64,000 bases of DNA. It comes from Octopus sinensis. Taxonomy: Eukaryota. Numbering within the stretch: position 1 is the first letter of the stretch; each line of letters begins with the position of its first letter. Below the pieces are notes generated by a model. That model saw only the letters and a program-made list of their open reading frames with translations, was not told the DNA's origin and made no database searches. Below are positions 1 to 14,639 of the stretch, in pieces. Made by a program: the position numbers and the translations under genes. The stretch spans positions 52,328,001 through 52,392,000 of the forward strand of contig NC_043004.1 in NCBI RefSeq assembly GCF_006345805.1, in the 5' to 3' direction.

Positions 1-329
1 AGCATCATAGCCATGTGTTGAGAGGGATTCTTTGGGGCTTGAATAATTCACCTCTGAAAACATGGGTGTTTGGTTCAACATCATTAAATGACCCTTATTC
101 AGGGACCTTTTGAGCGGGATGACTTACTCGACCAGAAGAAAATTCTAACTGGGCTCCACATGCAAGGTCATGCGCTGTTTATCTTGATGTGAGATCACCA
201 TGTCACGCACATATGGTTGTGATGCATGTGCCTAGTGTACCCTTATCAGACGGGTAGTCATGATGGGTATACTGGGCTAGGTATATTTTACCCCAGTGTC
301 ACTTTGATGGCAAGCACTGCTCTCTCACT

Positions 330-370
330 CAATAATAATAATATTAATAATAATAATAATAATAAGGATG

Positions 371-437
<67 letters not shown>

Positions 438-811
438 CAATAATAATAATAACAATAATAATAATAATATTAATAATAATAATCATAATGATAATAATAA
501 TAATAATAAAAATAATAATAAATCTAACGTTACCGCTATTAACATCACCAACACAACTACAATCCCCCCCCTATCGGCACAGCTACTTGTGTCATCTACA
601 CCACCACCACTACCACCACCACCACCACCACCACCACCACCACCACCACAACAACAACAACAACAACAACAACAACAGCAACAACATCAACTACCACAAA
701 TGGTGCATAGATGCCACAGATGTCGCACCTACTACTACTACTGCTGCTGCTTCTACCACCACTAACACCACGAAAACCACTACCAGCACCATAACCACCA
801 CCACCACCACA

Positions 812-845
<34 letters not shown>

Positions 846-850
846 ATACT
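330..850. repeat. Compound trinucleotide microsatellite (AAT, CCA, CAA, TAC)
   Basis: Direct reading; explains the poly-N/P/Q and poly-I/H/T ORFs at 226-973. Confidence 0.95.
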
Positions 851-1269
851 ACTAGTGCTATTGCTATTGCTGTTTGCTGCTTTTCTCCCTGTTATTTTCG
901 TATAGTCTTGCCTTACACCGCCTCATATTGTATAATATCCTATAGCTGTATGTGTGACTCTTACATAATATAATTTCGTTTTCTCCATACATTAAACCGT
1001 ACTATAAAGTACTTTTTCATAAACACTATTTGATATCTGATATTCTTTAAACAAAATGTAATATAATTCCGTACTGAAATGTAAATGCCAACTGTACTTA
1101 AAGTTTCTGAATCATCAGAACTACCGGGTTAGCTACATACGTATATACATACATACATACATACATACATACATACATACATACATGCATACAAAAATAC
1201 ATACACACACACACATATATATATATACTTACATAATCCATACATACACACATATTCATGCATAAACAC

Positions 1270-1317
<48 letters not shown>

Positions 1318-1368
1318 CACATACATACATACATATATATATATAAGTATATATATATATATGTGTGT

Positions 1369-1424
<56 letters not shown>

Positions 1425-1579
1425 GATATGTAATATATGATATATATATGTAATATGATATATATATATGTATATATATATATGTAAATTACTTAAAATC
1501 TTTCCCAACATGCTTTGCTCTCGAATTTGAAAGTGAAAGTTAAAAGACTAGCATCTGTGATTATATGCATACTTATAGA

Positions 1580-2400
1580 AGACATGTGTGGTGGTGGTGG
1601 TGGGGGATGGCTTTTGCAGTGGTAGTGAGGGTGGTAAAAATACTGGAAGCTGTTGCTATCCTGATAATGGCGCAGTTGGCGGTGATGATAGCGATGGTGG
1701 AGAGCTCCGAGCAAAAGATGAATATGAATTTGTTGTTGTTGGCAGTTGCGGTGTTGCTGTTGGTGATGCTGATGAAGTTGGTGATGTTTATTTTGCTATT
1801 AATGCGGTGGTGACGCTGTTGATGTCTATAGATGTGCTGAAAGCAATGGCGGAGGCTCTCGTATAGCAATGATGGTACTATAAAGATGGCGGTGTAATGA
1901 GCATATAGATGTCGACCATACTGTTAATGGGCTGGTCAAGATGGCGATGGTGACCATGTAGGCGCTAAATGCAATTGTAGTAGAGACTTATTACAAGTAT
2001 CGTTGCTTCGGTGAGAGCAGTGGCACCGGTGGTTGTCGTGATGGTGATGGTAGTGACGATGTGGTTTGCGGCAGCGATGTTGGTGGTGTGGCTAAAAGTG
2101 GTGGTGGCGATGGAGTTTTGTGTTTGTGATAATGGTGATGAAGACGGTGGTGGTGGTGGTGGTAGTGGTGGTGGCGGGTATGTTACTGGTGATGTTGATG
2201 TAGTTGGAACTGTGGTGGTAATGATGGCGACGGAACATACAGCGGCAGTGGTAAAGGTGGGTAGTGTTAATGGCGATAGTATTGGTAGTGGTGATGGTGA
2301 TGATGGTGGTTGTGATGGTAATGGTGTTGTGGTGGTAGTGGCTGGTACGGTGGTGGTCTTAACAGCTACTACAGAAATATAGCTAGTGACAATGGTGGTG
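1580..2400. repeat. Degenerate (GGT/GAT)-rich low-complexity tract
   Basis: Recurrent ggt/gat/gtt triplets; Val/Gly-rich ORFs carry no recognisable domain. Confidence 0.8.
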
Positions 2401-2411
2401 AGTGCATTTTT

Positions 2412-2803
2412 TTAATTGTTTCAGTCATTTGACTGCGGCCATGCTGGAGCACCACCTTTAGTCGAGCAAATCGACCCCGGGACTTATTCTTTGTAAGCCC
2501 AGTACTTATTCTATCGGTCTCTTTTGCCGAACCGCTAAGTGACGGGGACATAAACACACCAGCATCGGTTGTCAAGCAATGCTAGGGGGACAAACACAGA
2601 CACACAAACACACACACATATACATATATATATACATATATACGACGGGCTTCTTTCAGTTTCCGTCTACCAAATCCACTCACAAGGCATTGGTCGGCCC
2701 GGTGTAATAGTAGAAGACACTTGTCCAAGATGCCACACAGTGGGACTGAACCCGGAACCATGTGGTTGGTAAGCAAGCTACTTACCACACAGCGACTCCA
2801 GCA
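2412..2803 (-). mobile_element. tRNA-derived SINE family A (CORE-like central domain), full-length copy
   Basis: Minus strand: A-box-like TGGCTGTGTGG region, B-box-like GGGTTCAGTCCC, ttgggcaagtgtctt central motif, internal (TA)(TG) tract, tail ...ccagcatggccgcagtcaaatgactgaaaca; near-identical to copies at 21.9, 50.9 and 55.6 kb. Confidence 0.9.
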
Positions 2804-3129
2804 GTGAAATTATATATTTTACTGAAGATTACACTTCAGTCAGTCGCTACAGTGGTGATGAAGCTGGTAGTGGTTAGATAACAGTGTTGATATGCTTTAT
2901 CCAGTGCTTATGCAGCTACGATGGAAATGGTTGTGTCTTAGAAAGACTAAAAGAATAACTGCCGACATCATAGCAAAGACAGACTGGCATCAAAGATGGA
3001 CAAAATATAATTGTCAGGTATTAACTGTATAAGCAACCGGGGAATAGGCAGGTCACCATGGTAATGACGATATTATTTTCGTTCATATTTATGAAAGGAA
3101 TCATATTAGATCGTAGAACTAGTTCATAC

Positions 3130-3140
3130 ACACACACACA

Positions 3141-3180
<40 letters not shown>

Positions 3181-3594
3181 TCTGTTAAGTATATATAAGC
3201 ATATATACGTTTATATATATGTATCATGTGCTATTAGATAAATGTCAATTTATCACACATAAATATATATATACACGTTAGGTGTGTGCATAAAACTGTA
3301 TTACGGGTAATTTACTACATGAAATTGGTTAATATTCTGATCAGTAAGTTGAATGAAGAATAAGTGTCAAAGCAATCTCTGTATTCTTCAAAATGTAACG
3401 GGATGTCACTCTCACATATTATAGCGCTGCCTTAGCATTATTGTTGTTGTGACGTCAATACACTTGCACGGCAGACATAATACCAGCACACATCTACTCA
3501 CGCTATCGTAATACGTACATACATAGCTATATATATATATATATATGTAATATATATATATATATAATATATATATATATATAATATATATATA

Positions 3595-3633
<39 letters not shown>

Positions 3634-3770
3634 GTGTATATGTATATATATATATATACATATATATATACATATACATATACATACATAGATATATACA
3701 TATATATATACATATATATATATATAATATGTATATATATGTATAAATATATTTATATAATACATATATA

Positions 3771-3811
<41 letters not shown>

Positions 3812-3884
3812 TTTGATACTTTGATACTTTAATAGGTTTCGGCCATTATTGGCCAGGCCATGTCTACTTAATAGCACCACCTGG

Positions 3885-3951
<67 letters not shown>

Positions 3952-4119
3952 ATATATGTGTATATGTATATGTATATATATACATATATATATATACATA
4001 TACATATACATATATATATATATATATATACATATATATATAGATATATAAATAATATATATACATATATATATATCTACATATTATAATATATGTATAT
4101 ATATATATTATATATATAT

Positions 4120-4150
<31 letters not shown>

Positions 4151-4288
4151 ATACTTTATATAAGAATGTGCGTACAACTCTGTGTGCACGTGTGTGTATA
4201 CATGAAAGCCAGAAATGTAAAAAGCATCAAGTAAATATATATGCATGCACATAAATACATATTATATATATATTAATATATATATGTT

Positions 4289-4322
<34 letters not shown>

Positions 4323-4335
4323 TGTGCTCCTGCAT

Positions 4336-4372
<37 letters not shown>

Positions 4373-4736
4373 ATATATATATATATATATATATTCTGTT
4401 AAGTATATATAGCATATATACGTTTATATATATGTATCATGTGCTATTAGATAAATGTCAATTTATCACACATAAATATATATATACACGTTAGGTGTGT
4501 GCAAAAACGTATTACGGGTATTTTTACTACATGAAATTGTTAATATTCTGATCAGTAAGTTGAATGAAGAATAAGTGTCAAAGCAATCTCTGTTTCTTCA
4601 AAATGTAACGGGATGTCACTCTCACATATTATAGCGCTGCCTTAGCATTATTGTTGTTGTGACGTCAATACACTTGCACGCAGACATAATACCAGCACAC
4701 ATCTACTCACGCTATCGTAATACGTACATACATAGC

Positions 4737-4773
<37 letters not shown>

Positions 4774-4785
4774 TATAATATATAA

Positions 4786-4827
<42 letters not shown>

Positions 4828-4906
4828 ATATATTTATATATGTGTATATGTCTTATATATATATATACATATATATACATATACTATACATACATAGTAT
4901 ATATAC

Positions 4907-4950
<44 letters not shown>

Positions 4951-4984
4951 GTATAAATATATTTATATATAATACATATATATA

Positions 4985-5021
<37 letters not shown>

Positions 5022-5135
5022 TTTGATACTTTGATACTTTATATAGGTTTCGGCCATTATATGGCCCAGGCCATGTCTAACTAATAGCAAGCACCACCTG
5101 GTTATATATATATATATCTATATATATATATTATA

Positions 5136-5177
<42 letters not shown>

Positions 5178-5333
5178 GTGTATATGTATATGTATTATAT
5201 ATAACATATATATATAGTCTATACATATACATATATTATATATATATATCTACATATATATATAGATATATAAAATATATGATTATATACATATATATAT
5301 ATATACATATATATATCTATGTTATAATATATA

Positions 5334-5371
<38 letters not shown>

Positions 5372-5484
5372 TTATATATACCTTTATATATAAGAATGTG
5401 CGTACAACTCTGTGTGCACGTGTGTGTATACATGAAAGCCAGAAATGTAAAAAGCATCAAGTAAATATATATGCATGCACATAA

Positions 5485-5553
<69 letters not shown>

Positions 5554-5600
5554 TGTGTGTGTTTGTGTGCTCCTGCATGTACACACACACACACACATAC
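3130..5600. repeat. ~1.2 kb tandem duplication (unit 1 ~3130-4350, unit 2 ~4350-5600)
   Basis: Unique blocks recur in the same order: tctgttaagtatat (3181/4396), ctttgatactttgatac (3811/5021), aagaatgtgcgtacaactc (~4162/~5394). Confidence 0.9.
3811..3886 (-). mobile_element. Isolated SINE/LINE-type 3' tail stub (duplicated at 5021-5102)
   Basis: Minus strand ggtggtgc...catggcc-GGCCA ataa TGGCC-gaaac followed by (aaagtatc)2; same layout as the SINE A tail. Confidence 0.5.
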
Positions 5601-5683
5601 ACACAAACATGTATATATATATATAGAAAAAGATGGTGACAAGTCTCCGAAGCAATATTCAGAGAATATATGTGATGATAGTA

Positions 5684-6294
5684 TTGTGTTGAGTCAAAAC
5701 TTTTGCTAACTATTCATCAAGTTACAGCAGTAACACTCTAATATCAAAAATAAAGCTGAGAGTATTGTACCTTCTGAATCTACCTTTCTTTCCGATCTTT
5801 GATACCTTACAGTGGACAGCTTTTGTCCCTCGAAGCAATGAGGATCTTCAACATCCATAGTCGAACCATCGATGCCAATCTGTACTCCGAACGGCTGGAG
5901 CGGATATATGTTACCGTGCGGACAAATACCCGATATTGGGTAACAGAAAGTGAGCTATTCTGCAGTAAGGCAACGCAAGGCCTCATGCCGCACGAGCGAT
6001 CTTGAATGAACTCCAGGAACCTGAAAGAATCGAACTGATTTCACACCCAGCATATAGTCCAGACGTAGCCCACTCCGACTGCTTTTTGGCGCCGGAGGCA
6101 CTTAATCAACGAAAAGCAGTTGGAAACTTCCGAGAAGGTATTATTCGCCTCGGCAGAGATGAACTGGCAGGAAGGTGGCTTCAGACACTGCAACACGATG
6201 ATCTCTACTTGGAAGGCTGCGCTGCGTTTGTTGTAACTTATCGAATAAAGCAAATAAGTTACCCAATGTTTGCAAAATATTTAACTCAACATAA
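5684..6294 (+). mobile_element. Internally deleted mariner element with TIRs
   Basis: Imperfect 27 bp TIRs (5684-5710 ttgtgttgagtcaaaacttttgctaac; 6268-6294) flanked by TA on both sides. Transposase remnants TIDANLYSERLERI, Q*GNARPH and HPAYSPDVAHSD match the mariner HDNARPH and HPPYSPDLAPSD motifs. Confidence 0.88.
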
Positions 6295-6812
6295 TAACTG
6301 GTTGAACGAGATAGAGTTAAAACGGAAGCAAAATCTCCTCATAGATTTTTACTCAGCTTTTACCTAGTATTTCTAAAGCTATATAGTACATCTATAAGTA
6401 AACAGCAAAATATTTAGAAAGCGTCAACTACGGTAAACTCTAGCAGGGCATTCTTATTTCATAAAGTCGAATGCAAAAAAAAAAAAAAACACAAAGAATG
6501 GAACAAGGATCGATGTTCTCCTGTTTCAGGAAAAGCAATTGCATGTTCAAGGCTTGTTGGATTATGCAGCTAATTTTCCTGGGCGAATTAAAACAGATAG
6601 ATAGCAATACAAAATAACATTGCTCATGCTCCTTAAGAGGTGGATATACATGCAGTTAAAATGTTGCATAATATTTGCCATAACCACATTGGGAGATGAT
6701 TTTGATAACACGTCGGTCTCTGCTGATGTCTCCTATCTTAAATATTCAATAACACTATATGAAAGGTAAAAAGGTTTTCTATATATCCATGTGTGTATTG
6801 AATATATATTTT

Positions 6813-6882
<70 letters not shown>

Positions 6883-6999
6883 GTGAATATATATAAATAA
6901 GGAAATGGAAAATAATTCCAAATCAAATATCAAAATATCAACTACCAGATAATACCCAATCACATACTTTATTAAAACCACCACATAAGAAACTTTAAG

Positions 7000-7165
7000 G
7001 TCAAACATAATAATATATGACAAAACAGTGTACATAAAGGAGTGTACGTAAAGGAGTAATATGATACAATAAGTACAATGTGTATAAAAGAATATAAATA
7101 TAAATAAATATAAATATAAATATAAAACTTATCTTACAGCTGTTTCGGCCATGCAGATAAGTATG
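7000..7165 (-). mobile_element. Possible Penelope-like terminal remnant with a broken hammerhead
   Basis: Minus strand cttatct-gcatggcc-GAAA-cagctg-TA-agataag followed by an AT-rich tail. Confidence 0.4.
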
Positions 7166-7234
7166 TCTCATTTTACTTATATTAGCCGTGTGTGGTAGGT
7201 CAATATGTAGTTTGTGTGTGTATCTCTCTCTCTG

Positions 7235-7299
<65 letters not shown>

Positions 7300-8547
7300 A
7301 TATATATATTATATTATATATGTATGTATGTATGTATCTATGTATACATACGTAAATGCCGAAGGATGAAAATGAGTGCACAGCACCGTATTGGTGGATA
7401 TAATTTCCTTATTTGTGTATTAAGGCTACCATTGGTTTCATATTAACAGAAAAATATATATGTACAGAAGTGAAACATTTTAAACAGTCACGGAATCTTA
7501 TTAAGGACGTACCTACGACAATCAGTCGGCATTTAATCAGTCTTATATTCGATGGAGCAAGTTTTCAATTACATGAGTGTAAGAATAACCAGTCAATAGC
7601 AAACAGGTCACCCTTTCAAGAAAATATAAAAAAGGGAGATACGCAACTTATTCAATCTTTTATTGCTTAGAATGTTACCATTTATGTGACAAAGCAATTC
7701 CTCTCCTTACTCAACAAACACATGTGCAATGACAATAAACTTAATGTATTCATAAAAAAAGAACAAGATTATCTATAAGTAAAAGGATTTTCTTGTATAA
7801 CTACAGAATTTCTTAACGCAATAGGAAACAAAGCGAAGTTAACCGTTATAATCAAACCACCGAGTCGTGTCTTTTTGATAATCGTGCATGAATAGCTACA
7901 TTGCATCTACAGTAACCACAAGTGAAACAATACTAGTACTATCTGTTACATCAGATGAACAGAGAACTCATTTATGAGTCGACTGAAGCAGTGCATGAGC
8001 TCTTTCAAACACCACCATAAAAATTCTGTTAGTTCCCAAGTATAATGGCAAAGAGGAAGGTATTATTGAATTAAGTGAGATCCCACATTGTATCTTGAAA
8101 AGATAACAGTTCAAAAGAGTGCAATTTAGTTTGAACGACAAAAATAATATAAACTTCATATAAAACGAATAGAAAGACGGAGAAAATGTCGAGTAGCAAA
8201 CATATTATAAATTCTTTGTTATTTCTTTTTAGGAAAACAGACAAAGAAGTTGGGCGGTCAAGCATGATAGGATACACCGCCATTTTGTTTTGTCAGCTAA
8301 CGAAAATATACGATGGTGATAACGCTCTCCAAATTCGTGTATACGAGCATGAAACTATGGTTTTCAGGCAGCTACGTAAAACGAACAGAAACACACTAAA
8401 TATACACACACACGAAAATTATATATTTGCTCATATGTATGCATACATATATGTATGTATATATTTATATATGTATATAGCATTATATATACATATGTAT
8501 ATATCTATAGTTATCTAATGTGTGTGTGTATAAATATATATACATGG

Positions 8548-8581
<34 letters not shown>

Positions 8582-9444
8582 AATATATATATACGTACAC
8601 ACATATGTATGTATATATTTACACATACATATACATACATATACACACATACATGCATACACACACATATGTATGTATATGCGAGTGAGCAAGTGTTTAA
8701 ATCAAGATAACAGGTTGTCAACGTGCCACCAGCAGATGTACACAGTTTGTGTGAAACAAGCGTCTGAGTGGGTGTATATATTAATGTATGATATGCATGT
8801 GAGGAGTGTGTTTATGCTTATTTGTCTATCTGTCTGCGTTGTGTTTGCATTTGTTCGTTGTTTAGTGTTCGAAGAAAATTAATTCCATTGACATTTCGAG
8901 ATGTACTGAGAAAGGAATGGAAATCTACAGAAAGGAAGTGGAAGAACGAAGTAGAAGCGAAATAAGTGCCAGAGAGTGTAAGAGGTTGACAAGTTTAGTG
9001 TCTTTTTGTTTGGTTTATTAAGTGGGTGATTTGAATTTTTATTTCAAATGTGCCAATATTTTTTTCTAGTGTACGAACATTTGTTTACGTGTTCGTGTGT
9101 GACAGATTTTAACGTTTTCTTTTTACGAATTGTTGCCTGTGATGGCACACGCTCACGTACATTAATGTACGTTTCTACGTTCAATGCTCGTTTTGTCTGT
9201 ATGGAGGGGTCACTGCACTTGTGTCATTGTGTGCCTGTCGATTTGCAATAATATAAATTTATGCGTATGCATCCGTGTGTGTGTTTGTGTGTCCGTGCGT
9301 TTGTGTGTGTGAGCTTATGTGTGTGTTTGCGTGTGAATATATCGGTGTTTGAAACTAAATGCATCTAAGTATATATATATCTTGCCACAACCGGAGATAA
9401 TTATACGTGTTTATCATTATATACGTACGCATGTATGTATATGT

Positions 9445-9464
9445 CTATCTATATCTATCTATCA

Positions 9465-9501
<37 letters not shown>

Positions 9502-9620
9502 CTATCTATCTATCTATCTACCTATCTATCTACCTATCTATCTATCTATCTATCTATCTACCTATTTATCTATCTATCAATCCATCTGTCTATCTATATA
9601 TCTATCTATCTATCTATCTA
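9445..9620. repeat. (TATC)n microsatellite
   Basis: Direct reading. Confidence 0.95.
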
Positions 9621-9953
9621 TATGCATATATATATATAGAAATATAATTTACTATATAGATTCATACATATACATATATATACCTACACACGCATACACA
9701 CACAATCACGAACACACAAGCGCCCATGCACACACACACACACACATATATAGGTAGATGTATTTCCAATTCGTTTTCAATTTATATTTGGCTAGAAAGA
9801 CCGGTAAGAATTGTATGTCCATTTCAAATTCTCCAAGTCTATGAAATACTATGTATATATATGTGTTATTATATATATATATATATATATATTATATAGA
9901 TATATATATATATATATTATGCACAAAATATATATGTTTGTATGTAATGCATA

Positions 9954-10017
<64 letters not shown>

Positions 10018-10611
10018 ATATATATATATATATATAGTTTTCTTTTTCTTGCTATTGTTGCAGGTCTCTATGCTGAGACAACAATAGATCTTATTCTTCC
10101 GATTGTGAAGCGTAATATCTGAAATACAGCGTCACTGTCATCGGGGTCTACGTAGTCTTAGTGACGTAGACGACAATATTCTCCCTGGACGTGATACCAG
10201 TTCGTTATGTAGTGAGATAATTACAGTTCAGTGGATTGGGGCAATCTGAAATGAACTCTTTTGCACCATAACAAAAAGAAAACCAACCTTTGCGAACATA
10301 AATACAATATATTGATCTCTACGCTACGGATCTTCAAAGTAATAACATAACATCGTGCGCCACAACATAAATGTTGGCAATTTTGGCACTGACATACGTA
10401 GACAATTGGCTTCTCCTCTACGCCTGGTGTTGTAGTTTACACCTAATATATATATATAAATAATATATATATATATATTATATATTTTTATATATATACA
10501 TATATATATATACATACATATAATATATTTCCAGTAAATATCGGTACTTCGTTGTGTCATATATTTACTACTTTGTATATATATAATGTAATATTCGATA
10601 TATATGATATG

Positions 10612-10649
<38 letters not shown>

Positions 10650-10849
10650 ATATATGGAGAGAGAGAGAGAGAGGGTGGAAGTTTAACAGGATAAGTCTAT
10701 GAAGCGACTTCATCTCAGACAATTCCACAACATTATGCTTTCTGATATGTATACCTTTAATATATTACACGGATGGCGATTTTAAAGTAAATAGTACATA
10801 CCTATTGATTTTATATAGCATATAACTTGTTGTTTGTGAAAGAAAAAAA

Positions 10850-11955
10850 AACTAATGTTGCCGGCAGTGTTCTTTTCCTGTCATGTTCTTTGTTATGCCA
10901 GTCTATTGTTTGACGCTGAGTTTGGTTCTGATCTGTGTGGTGTGGCTTATTTTGTGTCTGACTTTGTCTCTAGCGCTAATCAGGTCAAATTGCCTGTTAA
11001 TTATGTAATTAATTAAGTGGTAATATATTTTCTACATTAACTTCTGAGATACATATCTCAGAAAGCTATGAGGATGAGTTTATAAATATGTTTTTGAATA
11101 TTTATATTGCAGGGTGTTATGCTCATTATGGTGTTGTTGAATTCTAAAAACCTAGATTCAGAATATCTATATTTAGCTCAATTGCTTTTTTATTTGTTTC
11201 GTTCTGTCCATAATTCTCTTTACTTATTACAACTGTCTCTTATCTCAGCCTCTCTCTTGTACGTGTTGGCTGTTTTGAAGACAGAACAGACAGAAAAAAA
11301 AACCGTGTTCTTTGTTTATGCTTTATAGCTATTTGTATCAATTTCTCCTTTTTTCTTAGTAAATTCCTAGGAAATATAATCTTTGTCATATTTTGGCTGG
11401 TATATTCTAAATCCAATCGTTATTCTCTTTGTTTTCCGATATAGTCATGCTACTTCATTGAGTTTCCAGATGAGAATATTAGAAGTTAATACTGGAATAG
11501 CTACGGTTTTCATACATATTACCATATTTTTTTCCTTTTGTAGATAGCTACGTTTTAAGCATTAATCCGATGCGTCTATAAATATTACTTCCAAATATGT
11601 TCTTTCAGTTGTGTGTATTATATTTTGGTCTAATTCGTTCATAAATATCTGCAAGGCTGTGTTTATCTAATTCACGTATTTCTGCTTCTTTATCCAAATA
11701 CGATGTAAATAATTTATACTAATATTCCCTTCTTTGCTGTTGCCTTGGCACAATTTTCAAACACAAGTTGTATTTTAATATCTTCCCTGTTTCCGAGAAC
11801 TCTTTGTTGCAGTACTCCTACTTACAGTGACATGAATCATAAGGTCATCGTTATATGTATACAGTTTTGCCAGTTTTGAATCGAGTCTGGCCTTAGACCA
11901 TGAAAGGTTGTCTGAAGAAATAAATAAATAAAGAGACAGGGATAGGGAGAGTAAG

Positions 11956-12001
<46 letters not shown>

Positions 12002-12750
12002 ACAGACAGACAAACAGACAGAGTTGACTTGGAATGTCCACATCTAATTGAAACGTTATTCGATTTTATAATCCTATTCTTCTGTCTGAAGAATTGTTTT
12101 CTGCACATCCACGGCAGCTTTGTTGCCCCTGCATATTACTGGTACTACCTAAGTTGCGACCAATAATTCTTGAATAAGAACAGAATATTATCTAAACATT
12201 CAAAGTAGTCAATTCGTTGTATTTTATTTACTTCCAAGTTGTGTTCTACAAATATCAGATACGGCTTTGTCGATTAGTAAATGGTTTTACACTCCTATGG
12301 ACTATATTAGAATTCCTTCTGTCCTTCTGGAAGTAAGTCGGTTTATTTCCAGAAGATTAATTATTCTCTGCAATAATATAAAAGTTTAAGTTTGTTTGTC
12401 GTATGGAGCATAATGTATCTGTGATTGCGATACAAGCTCCAGTTATATCTCTTTACCCCGAGCTACATTTTCACTTTCAGTCTTACAACAAAATATTGGC
12501 AATACAATATTCTTCTTTACATTTTCCTTATTCTGCCAATAACACCTTCCATTATTTAAATTCGTCTCCCATTATTTCCATACCTATGTATTTCTAAGCT
12601 CATCCCTGACATAGCTGCTGTCACATACACCCCACAACCCACATCACAAGTGCTAGCGCCAATTCTCCTATGTTCACCTCCTTGTAATTTAAGTGTACGC
12701 CTTGATACCTCTTGAACGCCCTTCATTTTCCAAGTGGAATAGCTCCGTTT
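10850..12750 (-). pseudogene. Possible very old LINE (APE-type) remnant
   Basis: Non-repetitive stretch with weak motif echoes (..cagatacattatgctcc ~ Q.YAP; cgaattgactac ~ IDY); no open frame. Confidence 0.2.
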
Positions 12751-12922
12751 CTCGTTTATTGAAAAACACCCGTTATTCCCCCTCTATTATACTTTAAACT
12801 TTCATTACTTGGCATAAAGCTACTTTTTAGTAATACTACACACTCCTCCGTCAAGCGGTCTTCTTTTGCGTGTTATTTCGTGACGTCACTGATGTCAGCA
12901 CCGAGAAAGGTGTACCTGGTAC

Positions 12923-13143
12923 ATTCTTATTTCTTTATTGCCCACAAGAGGCTAAACATAGAGGGAATAAACAAGGACAGACAAAGAGAATAAGTCGATT
13001 GCATCGACCCCAGTGCGTAACTGGTACTTAATTTATCGAGCCCGAAAGGGTGAAAGGCAAAGACGACCTCGGCGGTATTTGAGCTCAGACGAAATACTGC
13101 CAAGTATTTCGCCTGGCGTGCTAACGCTTCTGCCAGCTCGCCG
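12923..13143 (-). mobile_element. tRNA-derived SINE family B
   Basis: Minus strand gcggcgagctggcagaa...gagctcaaataccgccgaggtcgtctttgcctttcaccctttcgggctcgataaattaagtaccag; matches 21.5, 36.5, 56.3 and 63.8 kb copies. Confidence 0.85.
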
Positions 13144-13149
13144 CAGAAT

Positions 13150-13320
13150 GTACCTGGTTAGCACTGGGAAAAGGATCCGGCCACAGAAACCCTGCCAAAG
13201 AAGACACGCAGTTCTTTAGCACGTCCGCTCCTGTTAAATCGTCCAACACATGACAACATAGAAAATGAGCACTAAATGTTGATGAAGCTGATGATTTGAT
13301 GACGAAGATCACGACGAGGA
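13150..13320 (+). mobile_element. SINE/LINE 3' fragment (aaggatccggccacagaaaccctgcc...taaatgttgatga)
   Basis: Ends in a degenerate (GAT)n tail; resembles RTE-type 3' ends from recall. Confidence 0.4.
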
Positions 13321-13684
13321 TGATTGTAGTGGTGGTAATGGCAATGAAATATTGGGTTTAGTGTAGAAGGTGAAATTTCAGTGTAAATCAACTTGTGTCT
13401 GAGACATTAGTAGTGTCCTACGCATTACGTAAACTCGTCCTCCTGAGTGGTGCTTCAAAATGCTCATTATGTTCGTAAAAGGAATTTAGTTTCCCCATTT
13501 GATTAGTCTTTTGCTTATTTCTTCTCAACATTGCTGGTAAGGGAATCTATAGCATGCCGACAAGAAATTTCCAAAGACACTTACATCAACTAAAACTCTA
13601 GATTAAATGTACAATGTACTCGTTCGTAGTGCTCGTAGTGAGATTGAAAACTAACACTCGCTGTTCCAAGAAAACATGCCTGCA

Positions 13685-13685
<1 letters not shown>

Positions 13686-13759
<74 letters not shown>

Positions 13760-13880
13760 AATAATAATGACGATGATGATCATGATGATATCATTGTTAT
13801 TATTATTATTATTATCATTATTATCATTATTATTATTATTATCATTATTATTATTATTATTATCTTTATTATTATTATTA

Positions 13881-13912
<32 letters not shown>

Positions 13913-13922
13913 CATCATTATA
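13686..13922. repeat. (AAT)n(GAT)n followed by (ATT)n, i.e. opposed TAA tracts
   Basis: Direct reading. Confidence 0.9.
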
Positions 13923-14510
13923 ATTCTGAAAGAATATGATAGTTCTTAATTACCGGTTGTTCTTTACTTGAAAGAAAGCAATAGCAAATCACCAAATGTT
14001 TCAAGTAGTGCCTTCTCCTGTGACTCAAAAAGACAATATTCTCATTAGAATGCGAACTGTACCCAACAATGCTGTCTTCTGGATCATTTCGAGCCTAATA
14101 GCAGCTCCAATATTCTTAATATGTTTTTCAAAGCTCTTGGAAACTGCTCTTAATGCTCTAATTACTACCGGTATCACTATCATTTTCCTTATGCTCCATA
14201 ACTTTCCTATCTCGTTCCGTAGTGGCTGCTGTTTCTCAATCTTTTCTGTTTCTTTACATTTCACCCTCGTATCGCCTGGTATTGCAACATCTATTATCTT
14301 TGCCTCTTTTTCATCTTTATGGATGAACCCGATATCTGGCCGTATCACATCTATGACTTGGTCGTACTGTGTGTTAAACTCCCGGAGTATTTTGTAATGT
14401 TCGTTTTCCATTATTCTATCTGGGTTGTGTTCATACCATTGTTCGGCCCTCTCGTGGTTTGCTTTGCCGCACAACAGCCAGTTGGCATATCTGGCTACAT
14501 TGTCGTATAG
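13920..14510 (-). mobile_element. 5'-truncated R4/Dong-like non-LTR retrotransposon (restriction-like endonuclease C-terminus + 3'UTR + TAA tail)
   Basis: ORF 14025-14474 and upstream read YDNVARYANWLLCGK..WYEH..RPDIGFIHKDEKEAKIIDVAIPGD..IPVVI.AL..IQKTALLGTVRIL, the PD-(D/E)xK RLE signature; 3' end abuts (TAA)n. Confidence 0.88.
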
Positions 14511-14639
14511 AGTAGATATAGTATCCTATGTAGATAATAGTGAAGTAAGATTATTAAGGGCTGCTAGAATCACAGCAAGACTTAGGGGAAACCAGAAAAC
14601 CAAACGAATTTAAAAACCAGTAAAAAGAACAAAGGTTAT

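Noticed and set aside
226-973. Long ORFs rich in N/P/Q or I/H/T
   Set aside because: They are translations of trinucleotide microsatellites, open in several frames, with no domain or splice support. The same applies to the many YI/CV/HT/LSIY ORFs across the window.
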